Source: Candidatus Omnitrophota bacterium (GTDB lineage: Bacteria; Omnitrophota; Gorgyraeia; Gorgyraeales; Gorgyraeaceae). Taken from it: 64,000 nucleotides of DNA. The notes beneath the pieces are model-generated. The model was not told where the DNA came from, did no database searches, and saw nothing but the letters and a program-made list of their open reading frames with translations. Position 1 is the first letter of the stretch, and the number at the start of each line of letters is the position of its first letter. Below are positions 15,001-27,000 of this stretch, in pieces. The stretch lies in contig JBDRJN010000006.1 in NCBI GenBank assembly GCA_043814965.1, positions 7,838 through 71,837 of the forward strand, given 5' to 3'. A program made the translations under genes and the position numbers.

Positions 15001-18000
15001 ATGGCGCAGAGCTTGAGCTGTATCAAGAGAAATCTGTTATCATGAGTAACATGGTCAAAGGCCTTGGCCGTGAAAAGATAGCGGATCTTATAATAAAGAC
15101 CATAAATCCAAGTTTAAGTTATAAGCAATTAGCTGGTGACTTGACAGGAGTATATGACTCGGAATATGCGGGAGAAACCAAGCTCTCCAGGTTTGGTATA
15201 TGGGTCAGGAAACATAAGTTACTGACAGGCGCAATATTGCTATTAGGTCTAATAGCTTGCTCACCTTCTCTATATTATTTTGATACAGGAGTAAAATACA
15301 TCCATGACCGTATAGATGGAATCACAGATAAAGACATTGATACAGGAAAAGGATTTTTTGACTCATATGTAGCATGGAAAGACAGTACAGCCAGGATAGA
15401 TGATACTATGATGGAGATAGACAGCGCAATAAGGGCTTTAGGCCCATCCGCAGATAGATCAACTATAAACAACCTGAATGCCCAGAAACAAGAATTAGAA
15501 AGAATGAGAGGATTGGGGCTGAAGGATGCAAACAACAATGACATTTATTATCCTCATAATACAGGCATACCTACCAACACTACTGTAAAAAAGAATGCAA
15601 AAGGACACTGGGAATATCTGGTCAATGGAACACCAGAGCCGTTATCTAGGTATAATATGGCGATCGGTGATGCTCCTGATGATTCATATAAAGACAGATT
15701 CGACGTACTTAATGAGACTCCAAAGATCTTCTGGAGGTCCGGCAAGGGAGAACAGACACCTATAGACATGCTTGATTCAGCAAATGTCGGCACTATAAGG
15801 TTCTATAGGGCTCCTTTGGATACCATAGGTGGAACGCAGTTCTCAGACTTGCTTGAGCAAAATTACAAAGAAACAGGAATGAAGTATATTATTCCTTATG
15901 CAGCGGGTATTGATAAAAAGGGGAACACAGAAAAAGAAAGTAAAAAATTAAAAGGAGATTCATATACAAATATTCTAGAGGCAAGTAAAGCAGCTGATCA
16001 ATACAGTGATGGCGAAGCGCTCTTAAATTACCAGCTTGGCAATGAAGGCAGTTATCGCCTTGAAGGCCAGTCAAAATATGAGCCTTGGTATGATGATACC
16101 TGGGACTTATTCAAGTTTTTCACAGTGCATAATGCTATGGCGGGGGATATACTTGATCAGGAAAAAAGGATTTCAGAGGAGACTGGTAAATTCAGGCACC
16201 ATGAGATCGCAATATCACTGCCTGATATTAAAAGTCATTTTCAATGGGCAGCAGAGATCAACCAGGTCTTCCCATATCTAGTGGACAATGAAGCTGAGGG
16301 GAAGGCCCTTACTCTCAAGCATTACAAAGATAAAGTAAAAGGCCTAGGGGATAGATTTAAGGATATAAAAAATAATACAGAGCTCCCCAGGAAAGTCAAA
16401 GGTCTTGATAAGTTTATAAGTGATATGAAGGTAGCGGGATTAGTAGTAGAAGAATATAAAAATGGCAATGGAAAAGCAAAATACGCTGATTGGATAAAGA
16501 CACAGGATAAGAATGTTTTACAGAAAATATACACGTTACATAGATACCAGAGGACCCTTATAGACCCATACAATCCTTTGATAAAGAGCGCAAAGAAGGA
16601 CTTGATAGATATACAAAATGGCAAAGATAAAGATAAGGCCAGCCGCATGCAGAAAGTACTGGACGCTCTCTATGATAATTTGGAAGCAGAGCGCGCAAAA
16701 CTAGCAAATGTAAACAGCATACCTCAATTAGTAAATGGGCATTATGACGGCAGCTGGATAACAGCGATAAACAACAGCTTGATAAGGCCTCGTTATTTTA
16801 TAGATAATATGACCTATGACCAATTCAGCGATGGTATAGTCGATGAAGGCAAGAGCGTAGAAGTATTTGATTTTCGTTATAACATGAGAATACTTGGAGT
16901 CAACTCTGTACAGCGCGATAAGGCAGGTGTTGCGGCGCTATTTAACGAGACGCCTGATATGCCGGTGATATTGCTTGAAGCTGGGCAGCATAAGAATGCC
17001 ATAGATGTACTTGATCCTAATAGACAATTGGAACTAACAATACAGGTAATAGAAGCAGCAAAGAACAATATGCCTGGTAACGATAAAGGAACTGGAAAAT
17101 GTATAGGCGTATCTCCGTTCTATTTTGATGAATTGTGGAAAGCATTTTCAGAAGAAAACGAGTGGTTTTGTAAATTAGGCCTATTTAATTATGATAATCG
17201 CCGTAAGATGGTCCCAAAGACCGATAATACTATAAATAGGCTTTCCAGATTGTTCCCTGCTCCTAATGTACCTATAACTATAGGAGGGAATAAAGAGCTG
17301 AAAAGACGCGAAAATATGCTGGATCAATTGCTGTCCTCGACAAGCATCGAAGTAAAAGGCCCAGGCACATACAATATAAGCTGGATCAGCGATGGCAAGG
17401 GTGATTGGCAGAGGTTTATGGACAAAGAAGTAGATGATAATTATAAAGAATATCTATCCACTCTCCAGGTTACCCCGACACCTGAAGGAAACATACTCAA
17501 ACATGAAATACCGGATGAAAATATAGGGGCATACAAAGATAAGTATTATACATATCACAGGGATGCATTTATAGAGGGGAGAGGACATCTAAGGATATCC
17601 ACTGCTTATAAGGATAAACAAGGAAATCCAGTCGCTATGGATCAAGGTAGTGACAGGTCATATTTTGCTCCAGGGGGAGGGTATGTTCCTATATGCACCA
17701 GAGATCTGTCAGGAAGGCGCGGAAAGACCTTACTCATCGCTTTTCCAAGAATGGAAGGAAAACGCCTTGTTACGGATACAGTTATGGTACCAAACGTCAT
17801 AAAGACCTATTATGAAGCAGAGAAACCTGATTTTACGACAAATTCCAGATTTTCAGTGGTATATGTACAGAATTGGTTGAGCGAGAGTCAATCACAGCCG
17901 TTCATCTCAATAGATGTCTACAACAATAACGAAGACTTGATATTCCCGGCCTCTATCAGGACCATATATTCTGAATTTGAGGTTATGGCAGGCCAGGAAC

Positions 18001-21000
18001 TGGATAAGGCGATATATCTAAATGACAGATACGGCCGCAGGTATTGCGGAATAACATTCTATGACCGCGGACTCGTGACAGATGATTATACTACTGTTGT
18101 AGGAGAGAATGCTACTTATGAAAAGCAGGTCCATTATCAGGAGGAAGATGCAATAGCTCTCAGGGATGCCAGGCAGAAGATAGATTCTCTAACTACAGAA
18201 TACAGCAGAATAGATAGTCTTTTGAGTTCAGATAGCAATCCAAGTAATGTAGTTAGGTTAGATTTTAATAAAAATAAAGAGATCGCAGGAAAAATATCCA
18301 AAGCAGAGACATACAATAAGACTTTCAAGGATATATTGTTAAATCAGCTGTCAAATGACAATAAAGAGTTATTCAAAAATACAGAGAAAAAGATGATCGA
18401 GAATCCTGCTAAGATCAACAGCATAAATGCGCCAGAGGCCTTTAGTGATGAGGAGAAGGTATTGTTTAATGGCTATAGGTCAGGCCTAAGCAAGGTGTAT
18501 AACTATAAGAAAGGAATAGACACAAATAATAAAGAAATATCCGAATGGGCTGTAGAATATGAAGCTATGTCAAAAGATGAGTCCAGGCCGAAAAAGGTAA
18601 GAGGGCAAGCTGAATGGATCGTGTCTAAACTAAAAAGACTCGATACGCTTAAAGGAAATATCAATGACGCAAAACTGGAATTTGACAATATAAGAAAAGA
18701 AGCAGCGCGCAATGGAGATGTCTATATAACAGCTTATTCAGTCCTCGGCAAAGCAATATGGATCAGCGGTCCTGACGGCGTAGCGCATCTGGGGCTTGAC
18801 GGGGAATACAAGATACTCAAGTGGGTACCGATACTTACAGAGACTACTTTTAAGGATAATATGATACTTGATGCTACTGGTTTCTGGAACAGGAACGATA
18901 TATATGCCCCTTCCAAAGAAGAGATGATAAAGCTGTTCTATGGCGAAGACGCTGATCTTGATATGAATATTACTAAATGGATACCTACTCTTCCTGGCCT
19001 CGAGACTTTCCGGGATATAGATAACTTAGTAAATAAGCTTGAAGGCCTTGGTATGATAGACGCCTTGGATGCACAGGTTAGGATATTTAGTCCTGATTCA
19101 TTGCCAAAGGATATAGCAGATGACGAAGCCTCTTATAAAAAACTGGCTAAAAAGTATGACTCTATGAATGACCTGGTAGATAAAAAATATTTTACATGGG
19201 TCAAGAACGATGTTGAAAAAAGCGCAATCGTCAAAGTTGAAGAAAGCGCAATAGTCAGAGTAGCTTCTATAGACAAACAGACTGATATGTCTTTACGATA
19301 TGCTGCATTTGGAGATGCGTGCAAGGAAAAAGGAAACTATAAAAATGCCAACAAATATTATAATGACGCGTGGAATTTTATAAGGACAGCTAAACCAAAG
19401 ATAAAGGGATTGATCCCTTCAGAGCTTGATATAGATAAAGGTGTAGTCAGGGTAGGCGCAGAGACTTATGCTTATGATAATATTAAACTGCCCCTTACTT
19501 GCCTAGATCTCGTTGATGGGCGCCTTAAAGGCACTAATCAGAAGCATGCTTTGGGATATGCCAACGAATTGATCGGTATTATATTCTCCAGCGAAATGCA
19601 GGATCCTTTAGGAAGCGGAGGTATAAGAAAAGCTCAGAGTGTGGACATAGAGCATCTGGAAAGTTACCAGATGCTGACAGTAGATCAGGTATCCGCTTAT
19701 GCCTTGTATCGCAAGGCCTCTATTCTAAAACAGAAATTTAAGGATGACAAGGCCCTCCGTGTCGCAGTACCTGATGCATCCGGACTAGTAAAATGGCTGA
19801 AGAGAGGATATGACAAGAATAAAAATAGATTCTATCTAAGGCTTGAGTATGATCAGACTGACGAATCTTATAAGAGCTTTGATTTCCAGGACCAGAAAGA
19901 ATCTTTCGAGGCGCATCAAAAGATAGTATCGATGTTAGGCAAAGACGGCCTTATAGAGCTATTCAATGACCTGGGTCAGAATATAGATGCTGAAAAGGCA
20001 GCGGATGAGCTTATACAGACATATTTACCCAAAGATGTCATACAAGGTTCTAGTGTTATGGCGAATGTTTTAGGCAGAGAACCTTTATTCGCTTATTCTT
20101 TTGCAAAATGGAATAAGGCAGGCCAGGTCAAGATGCCGCGCATTGAACAAACCATTGCTAATAAAGTCGCAAAGTGGTTAATGGATCGATTTAACTCACC
20201 TGATACTGTAGAAAAGCGTAACATGTATAATGACGTAGTCAATAGGGGCATAAGCGGAGCTATTTGGGCCGGCCTTTTGGCTGCGTTCGCATTTGTCACT
20301 ACAGGAGGTAACAAGATAAAAGATGCTTATATCGCTAGAAGACTACTAAGGAAAAAAGCCCCATTTGAACCAGAGGTCATGGAAGTGGAAAATAGCGATA
20401 TTAAAAAAGACCTGCTGGATAATATAAATGATGCCGCGTTTACAAATGCAAGGACAGAATTTGATGATTGGGCCCAGAAGACCGATCTAAGAACCAGGCT
20501 TAAAAAAGAAATAGATAACATAGAAGATGAATATGCAAAGGGTAATGAGATAAAGGTAAACCTAAACTTTGGTATGGATGCATTCGAAAGTAAGGTAAAC
20601 CTAAGCTTTGGTATGGATGCGTTCGAAAGTAGAGATGCTCAATCCGCAAGGGCAATAGATAAAGAGATAAGAAATAAAATAGAAGAACTAAAGATAAAGC
20701 ACCACTTAAGCAGTGATCCTTATGGCATAGCAGGGCCTCAGAAGCATCCGCTCATGGAGTTCTACAGGCATTGCGCTAGCGAGTTAAATGAATACTACTC
20801 AGCATGGGACAACAAGAGAGTAAATTCTGCTTTGACCATATTATCCGGAAAACTGATGACAGAGGATTTTAAACTTACCAGGTCCGAGCTTGAAGGTATT
20901 AAAGAAGAAGTCAAAGATGAGACAGGCGAAGAATTAACGGATTATGAATATTTCCATATATTAAGGCCTTTGGCAGTAGAGGCTTTCTATACACCTTATA

Positions 21001-24000
21001 TTGTAAATTACTACAAGCAGATGGGAAGAAGTAAGCTGGATGCAAAGGATTGGAAGTATATCGTAGGCCCTATACTCAAGGATATAGAGAAGAACCTATT
21101 CTCAGATGTTATAAAACCAAGCGCTATCAGCGATGAATATACTCTAGCGCAGTCAAAATCAAAAGACGGACTTTATATGCTTGTAAACGGCAAAGAGCAT
21201 GAGGTAGATGGCAAATACTATCGCATGCCTCTCAGAGAATATGTATGGTCAAGGATAATGTATAGAGATGTCAAGGGATTGGGAGGCAGGTCTACATTTG
21301 TAAATTGGATAGTGCGCAGGATCTCTGATCAAGTAGACGGCAGGAAGACGATATATGAGGTAACTCCTAGGCCGGCAGGAGGCAGGATCAGAGGTATTCT
21401 ATTTACCATAGCTTCGAAATTAGTCAATGTCCCTATGATAGGCGCTTTGATAAGGAAAATACCTTCGCTTAATATCTCTGAAAAGGTAGATAGAAAGAAC
21501 GTAGTAGTAGATGACAGCCCAAAGAGCCCGGAAGAAATAAGGAGATACGTAGAAAGACAGACTTACTTCTGGATAAATGTATTGAGCGTGGGCCTTGCAA
21601 AACAGAAGAGATTAAGAGGAGCGAATCTTGCTAAGAAGATGAAACGAGAGATAGAGAAGATAGATAATAAGATCAAAAAACTTGAAAAAGAAAAGAACGA
21701 TCTATTATCCAAAGGCCTCAATAAAGATGATGGCAGAGTAGAGGCTCTTGATAAAAAGATAGCCGCATGGCAACAGTATAAGAAAGACAGGAAATTCCCA
21801 TCAGCTGCTAAAGACCAGGGCATAGGAAGAGAAAAAGAGTATTCGTTCAATAATGAAGAAGTGGATGATCTCTTCAAGTATTTCAATCCTACACAGCTTG
21901 ACATAGTGGTAGATGAGAGTTTCTTGGGATTCCTCAAAAATTACGGTATAGAAGGAGATTATGAAATAGGTTCTAAGATCACCCTGGAAGAGCTTATACC
22001 TATCTTTACAGAGAAGCTTGAAAAAATAGACAATGAACTAAAACTGGATATTGAGCGCAATGAAAGGATGGATATCAAAGATAAAGAGCTAAAGGCCTTG
22101 AATGAAGAGATATCTAAATTAGAGGAAGATAAAGATATTGAAAAAACACTAAAGGCCTTGGAGAGAACTATTGCTGAATCCAGTGAAGAACTGGAGGCTT
22201 TGGGTAAAGAGATATCCAAGTTAAAGGATGCTGGAGATGCTCAGGAAGAAGATATAGATGCCTTAGAGGAGAAAAAAGAAGCTCTCGAAGAAAATATCAA
22301 AAAAGATATAGGAGAATTAGAAAAAGGTAATAAAAAGTTAAATGCCATAAAAGAAGATAAAGGAATCAAAGCCTATAAGAAGGAAATAGATGATAAGCTG
22401 ATAATGTTAAAAGAGGACAGAAAAGAGGTAAGGTTAGAGATTTATGACCTGTCAATGTATAAAAAAGAAGATTTTGTAAATAATATAATCAAGTTTTTCG
22501 ACGTCCAGGAAAATATAAAAGACGCTGTTATAGAGAACGAGGTCTATGGCTATCTGATAGTCGCGCCAAGACAGGGTGTTCTGAACTTCTTCTTATTCTG
22601 GATAAGGGCCTTTCCTAAATTGTTTACCAGGGGAGGGCACAGAGCTCTCTTATCAGGATTGGATAAAGTAAAAAGAGACCTGTTAAGCCTCAAGCAGGAA
22701 TTAGCCAATGATAGAAAAGAAGGTAAAGTAAGAGAAGCTGAGATCAAGAAAAAGATCGAAAATAGGGAAGGTGACTTAAAAGAATTAAAGGCAAAACTTA
22801 AAGAAGAAAGAAAAGACAACTGGAAGAAAAATGCGTTCTGGGCTCTTGTTTTAATAACGCATTTGGGATTCAATTACTTGCTGTGGGTAGGTGGCGTCTA
22901 CGAGACAATACTTACTGTGGTTAGCCTAGGAGGGACATTCAGCCTTGATGCATTGGGTACTGCGATAGTCATGTCAACCGTACTAATAATATTCGGGGTA
23001 TTGCTGCTGCCTCCTATAATCAATTTCGGACAGTATATAGTGACATCAGTCACTTCTTTCCAGGAAAAGGATTCTGAGATAAGGACAGATATAGACCTAA
23101 AGGGCGAAGGGGTGCTTCCTTGGGAGAAGAATTCATTCGGCCTTTCAGTGACAGCAGGCATAGGCGCATTAATAGTTTCGCTGGCAGTATTTGGCGCTCC
23201 TATTTTAACAGCAGCCGGGATAGCAGCAGCCGCGTCTTTAGTAGTGACCTATGGTGTAGACCTTATAAGGTCTATTTTCTTTAAAGACACAAAAGAACCC
23301 GCTTTGGTCCGTATTTACAATAAACACGCGGGCGCTGCTACGGAAGTAAAGGCTGATATAATCAAGGTCCACAATATTGCTGTGCTTTCGATGGCAAATG
23401 ACGATAGATATGAGATCACGGATGAAGAAGCGCAAAAATTACTGATAAAGGATATCACTTTGGAAGACCTTATAAGCCATGAAAAAACAGAAGATCTGAT
23501 CAAGGCCCTGGAAGAGGAGTTTAAGGACGGATCAGATCCGGTCAGGAATTTTACTGCTTCTTTAAAGGATCTTAAGCCGGGAGAAGACAAGAAGGATATT
23601 TTTAAGAAACTCTCTGGATCCGGGATCAATGAAGAAGAAAAGGCCAGATTAAATAAGATCAGGTATGATTTTATAATAGACAGGATATTCGAACAGTTTA
23701 GGGATAATGGCAGGACAATAGGAAAAGGCCTGGCAGGCTTGAAGTCAGAAGAAGCAAAGATATCCTATAAAGATGTTATGAACAGGTACTTGATGAAGAA
23801 TCCGCCTAAGTTGGTAAACAAATTCGATGATATGCCTTCGATCACGGTTTATGTAAGCAGGCTATTCGAGAAATACAGGTTTAAGTATGTTGAGATAGTA
23901 AAAAGACAGATCCGCGAAATAGAAACTCCGAAGAAAAAGCTGAAAATGGCTCTAGAAGGAAAACCTCTCGAACAGAGGAAACAGCAGAGAAATAAGCTCC

Positions 24001-27000
24001 ATTTTCATAAAGTAAATTACCGCGATAGAGGAGATATAGATTTCTATAAAGAAGGCGCGAAAGAGATGTTCAGCAGAGAGCGAATAGCGTCATATAAATT
24101 TATAGATGAGCTAAGAGAAGAGTTCAAAGATCCTGAGACTAGGTACAAAGAGGCGCTGGAAAAAGCTACAAATGATTTTATAGAAAATATAAAAGAAGGG
24201 GTTTATTACGACAATAAGAAGGAGTATATAACAGCATTAGAGAATATGTATAGGCATTTAGATCCTATGTCTTATGGAGTATCTAAGAATAATAGCGTAG
24301 AACTAAGATTATTAACAGATAATCTTGTTGTTAGACTTAAAAAACTATCTTCTTCAAAGGTTTCTTACGATTCTTATCTTGCTGTAAATATAGGAGATAT
24401 TTCCGCGGCAGAGATGGAATTAAAGGACAGAGATAAGAACTATATAATAAACATTATTAATTCTAATATGGATATCTTTGTGGAAAAATTCAACGAAAAA
24501 TTCGAAGATGCTCAACAAAAATATATAGTTGCTTTAGAGAATATATATAAAGGAAAAGGCCTTGGAGGGCCTGAATCCTATGGTGTATCAAAACAAGACA
24601 GCCTTAGATTAAAGAAGGCCACGGATGACTTTATAGAAAAATTAGAGAAGGCTTCTTCTTCAGTAACGACCTGGTATCCGGATATTGCTGCTAATATAAG
24701 GGATAGTTTTGTCAATGGGCTAGGGAATATGCAAGGCATGAATGATCCTAATGCACAGAATTATATTAATGCTTTAATAGAGTTCTATACATATGGTAAA
24801 CTGCAGGATCCTAAGGCTTATGGTGTATCAGAGGCAAATGCCAAGCTTATAAATGAAAAAGTAGCTCAATTCGAGGCAAGTGAAACTACGACTGCAGAGA
24901 GGACATCGGTAAGATGGGATAATTTTATTAAGAAATTAAGGAAAGAGTTTAAGAATACTGAAGATGGAAGCAAGAGGTTTATCAATGAATTAGTACAATT
25001 ACAGGCAATGGATGAGCTGGCAGATCCTACATATTATGGCGTAATACCTGAGAATTCCGCAAAGATGAAGAAGATGATAGAGGACTTTGTAAATAACAAA
25101 GAAAGCTGTTTATGGAGGACTCTCAGAGAGATGCAGAATATAAGGGATGCAATGTACGGTTTTATAGAGAATCTATATCCTAAGTTAGATGGTGAATCGG
25201 AGTTCAGTTACCAGTCAAGGATCAACGCGCTTACGGATGAAAAGGTCCAGCTGTATCTAGTTAATTTTGTATTAGCGCATTTTGGAGATAAGAAAAAAGA
25301 GATCATAGACAAATTGTCCAAAGAGGCCGCGTTGCTGGAAGATTATGGTATCACAGAGGAAGACCTGGAAAATGCCAGGAATATGACACCGCTTGAATTC
25401 AAAGATTTTGCAACACAATTCAATAATGAAAGTATATTTACTACTAGAGGCATAAAAGAAGGTAATAAAGATAAAAAACCTGAGGATGTACAAAAAGATA
25501 CTATCAAGAAATTATTAGAGCACAAGGATATATTAAATAAATATGGAGTTTCCGAGGAAGAAATAAATAATGCCAGCGGATTGGAGCCTTATCGCTCTAC
25601 TGGAGCTGATTTCGAAGATTTTATAAGGGGTTTAAAGACAAAATCACCGGAACTTAGGGAATTCATGCGTCAATTTGATAATAAAAAAGGATTCATAAAA
25701 AAAGAAAAGTTCCAAGAAGTGGAGGATTATCTAAACGATATAATAGAGATCAGTGAATATGGCAAAGATCATAACTGGGATATGTCATATTTTGAATCCA
25801 AGAGCATCTTCGCTGAGTCCAGTAAATATGACAGCGCCGCGGCAGCGATGTATGAGGTAACCAAAGATCTTGCATTTTTCTTTGATCTTGACTGTGAATT
25901 AAAGAGGGAACAGGCGGAGAATCTTTTAGCAGTGCTTCCTATGTTCAATGACCCTCAATTAGGGCTTCTGCTTACCCAGATATATATGTATACAGCCCGT
26001 ACTTCCAAGGAGACAGAGATAACTGACCTTGCTGAGGGAGGTTTTACAGGAGTGATACACGCATTTACAAAGAAGTTAGGAAAATCAGCATTCTATGGTA
26101 AAGGGATAATGAGGGTCGAATTTATAAGGAGGTTCCTGCACTTACAAGCTGACAATGTAATGGAAGATTTTACAGGCGCTATCGCATTTATCCTGGCAGG
26201 TATCAAGACAGACTATACGAAAGTTGTCAAAATGGGAGCAGGTTTTATCACTACCATGAAGCAGTATATAACAGCCGCTGGTAAATACTGCTCTGATTCT
26301 ACTGAGACGCTTCTTTCCAAGATTGGCCGTAGGTTCTGGCTGGCAAAGTCGCTTATGTTCAGCGATAAGGCAACTATGATAAACCAGCTTTCATTTTACT
26401 GGAAAAAGCTTTTAGTCTTTGTAGTAAATATGGGATTTATGGGCGCATACTGGGTAAGAGGCCTTAACCCATACGAGCCAGTATCCGGATACAGCCAGTA
26501 TTTTAGGGGCGCATTGCTTGTTTTAGGATTTGTATGGGGAGAGATGATAAATGTGATCGGTTTTAGGTCTAAACAAGAAAGATATGGGTTCTGGAAAGCC
26601 CTTGGATGGATGGGGACAAGATTTCCAAGATCGTTCTTATTCTATGTAAAGGCATTGACCATGCCTTACCTTGTCAAGAGCATAGCAGCAGCGAAATCAC
26701 AGACATTTTTTGGCGTGACAGGTACTGATGATAACCTGGCTAGAATGACTTTTAAAGAACTCTTTAATAGAGAGACCATTACTTATCGGATCGCGGCTAT
26801 ATATACAGCGCTCTGGGCCACCAGGCCGTTCGGCGTATTTAGATATGCGACAGCAGCGCTTATCTTAGGACTTATATTTGCAACGTTTTATGCGTCGTTC
26901 CATTTTAACGCACCGTGGAATACTGGCTGGAACCACGCAAGGAACGGCAATTGGAAGACCAGAAAAGGCGGCATAGCAGAACTAGCTAATTTACCAGTAG

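Noticed and set aside
19260-20060. Possible second, degenerate (alpha/alpha)6 domain (ETYAYD, TVDQVSAY, ESFEAH)
   Set aside because: Only faint echoes of the 28390-29650 domain; not supportable without profile search.
21620-22460. SMC/myosin-like similarity
   Set aside because: Generic K/E-rich coiled coil with no head motifs.
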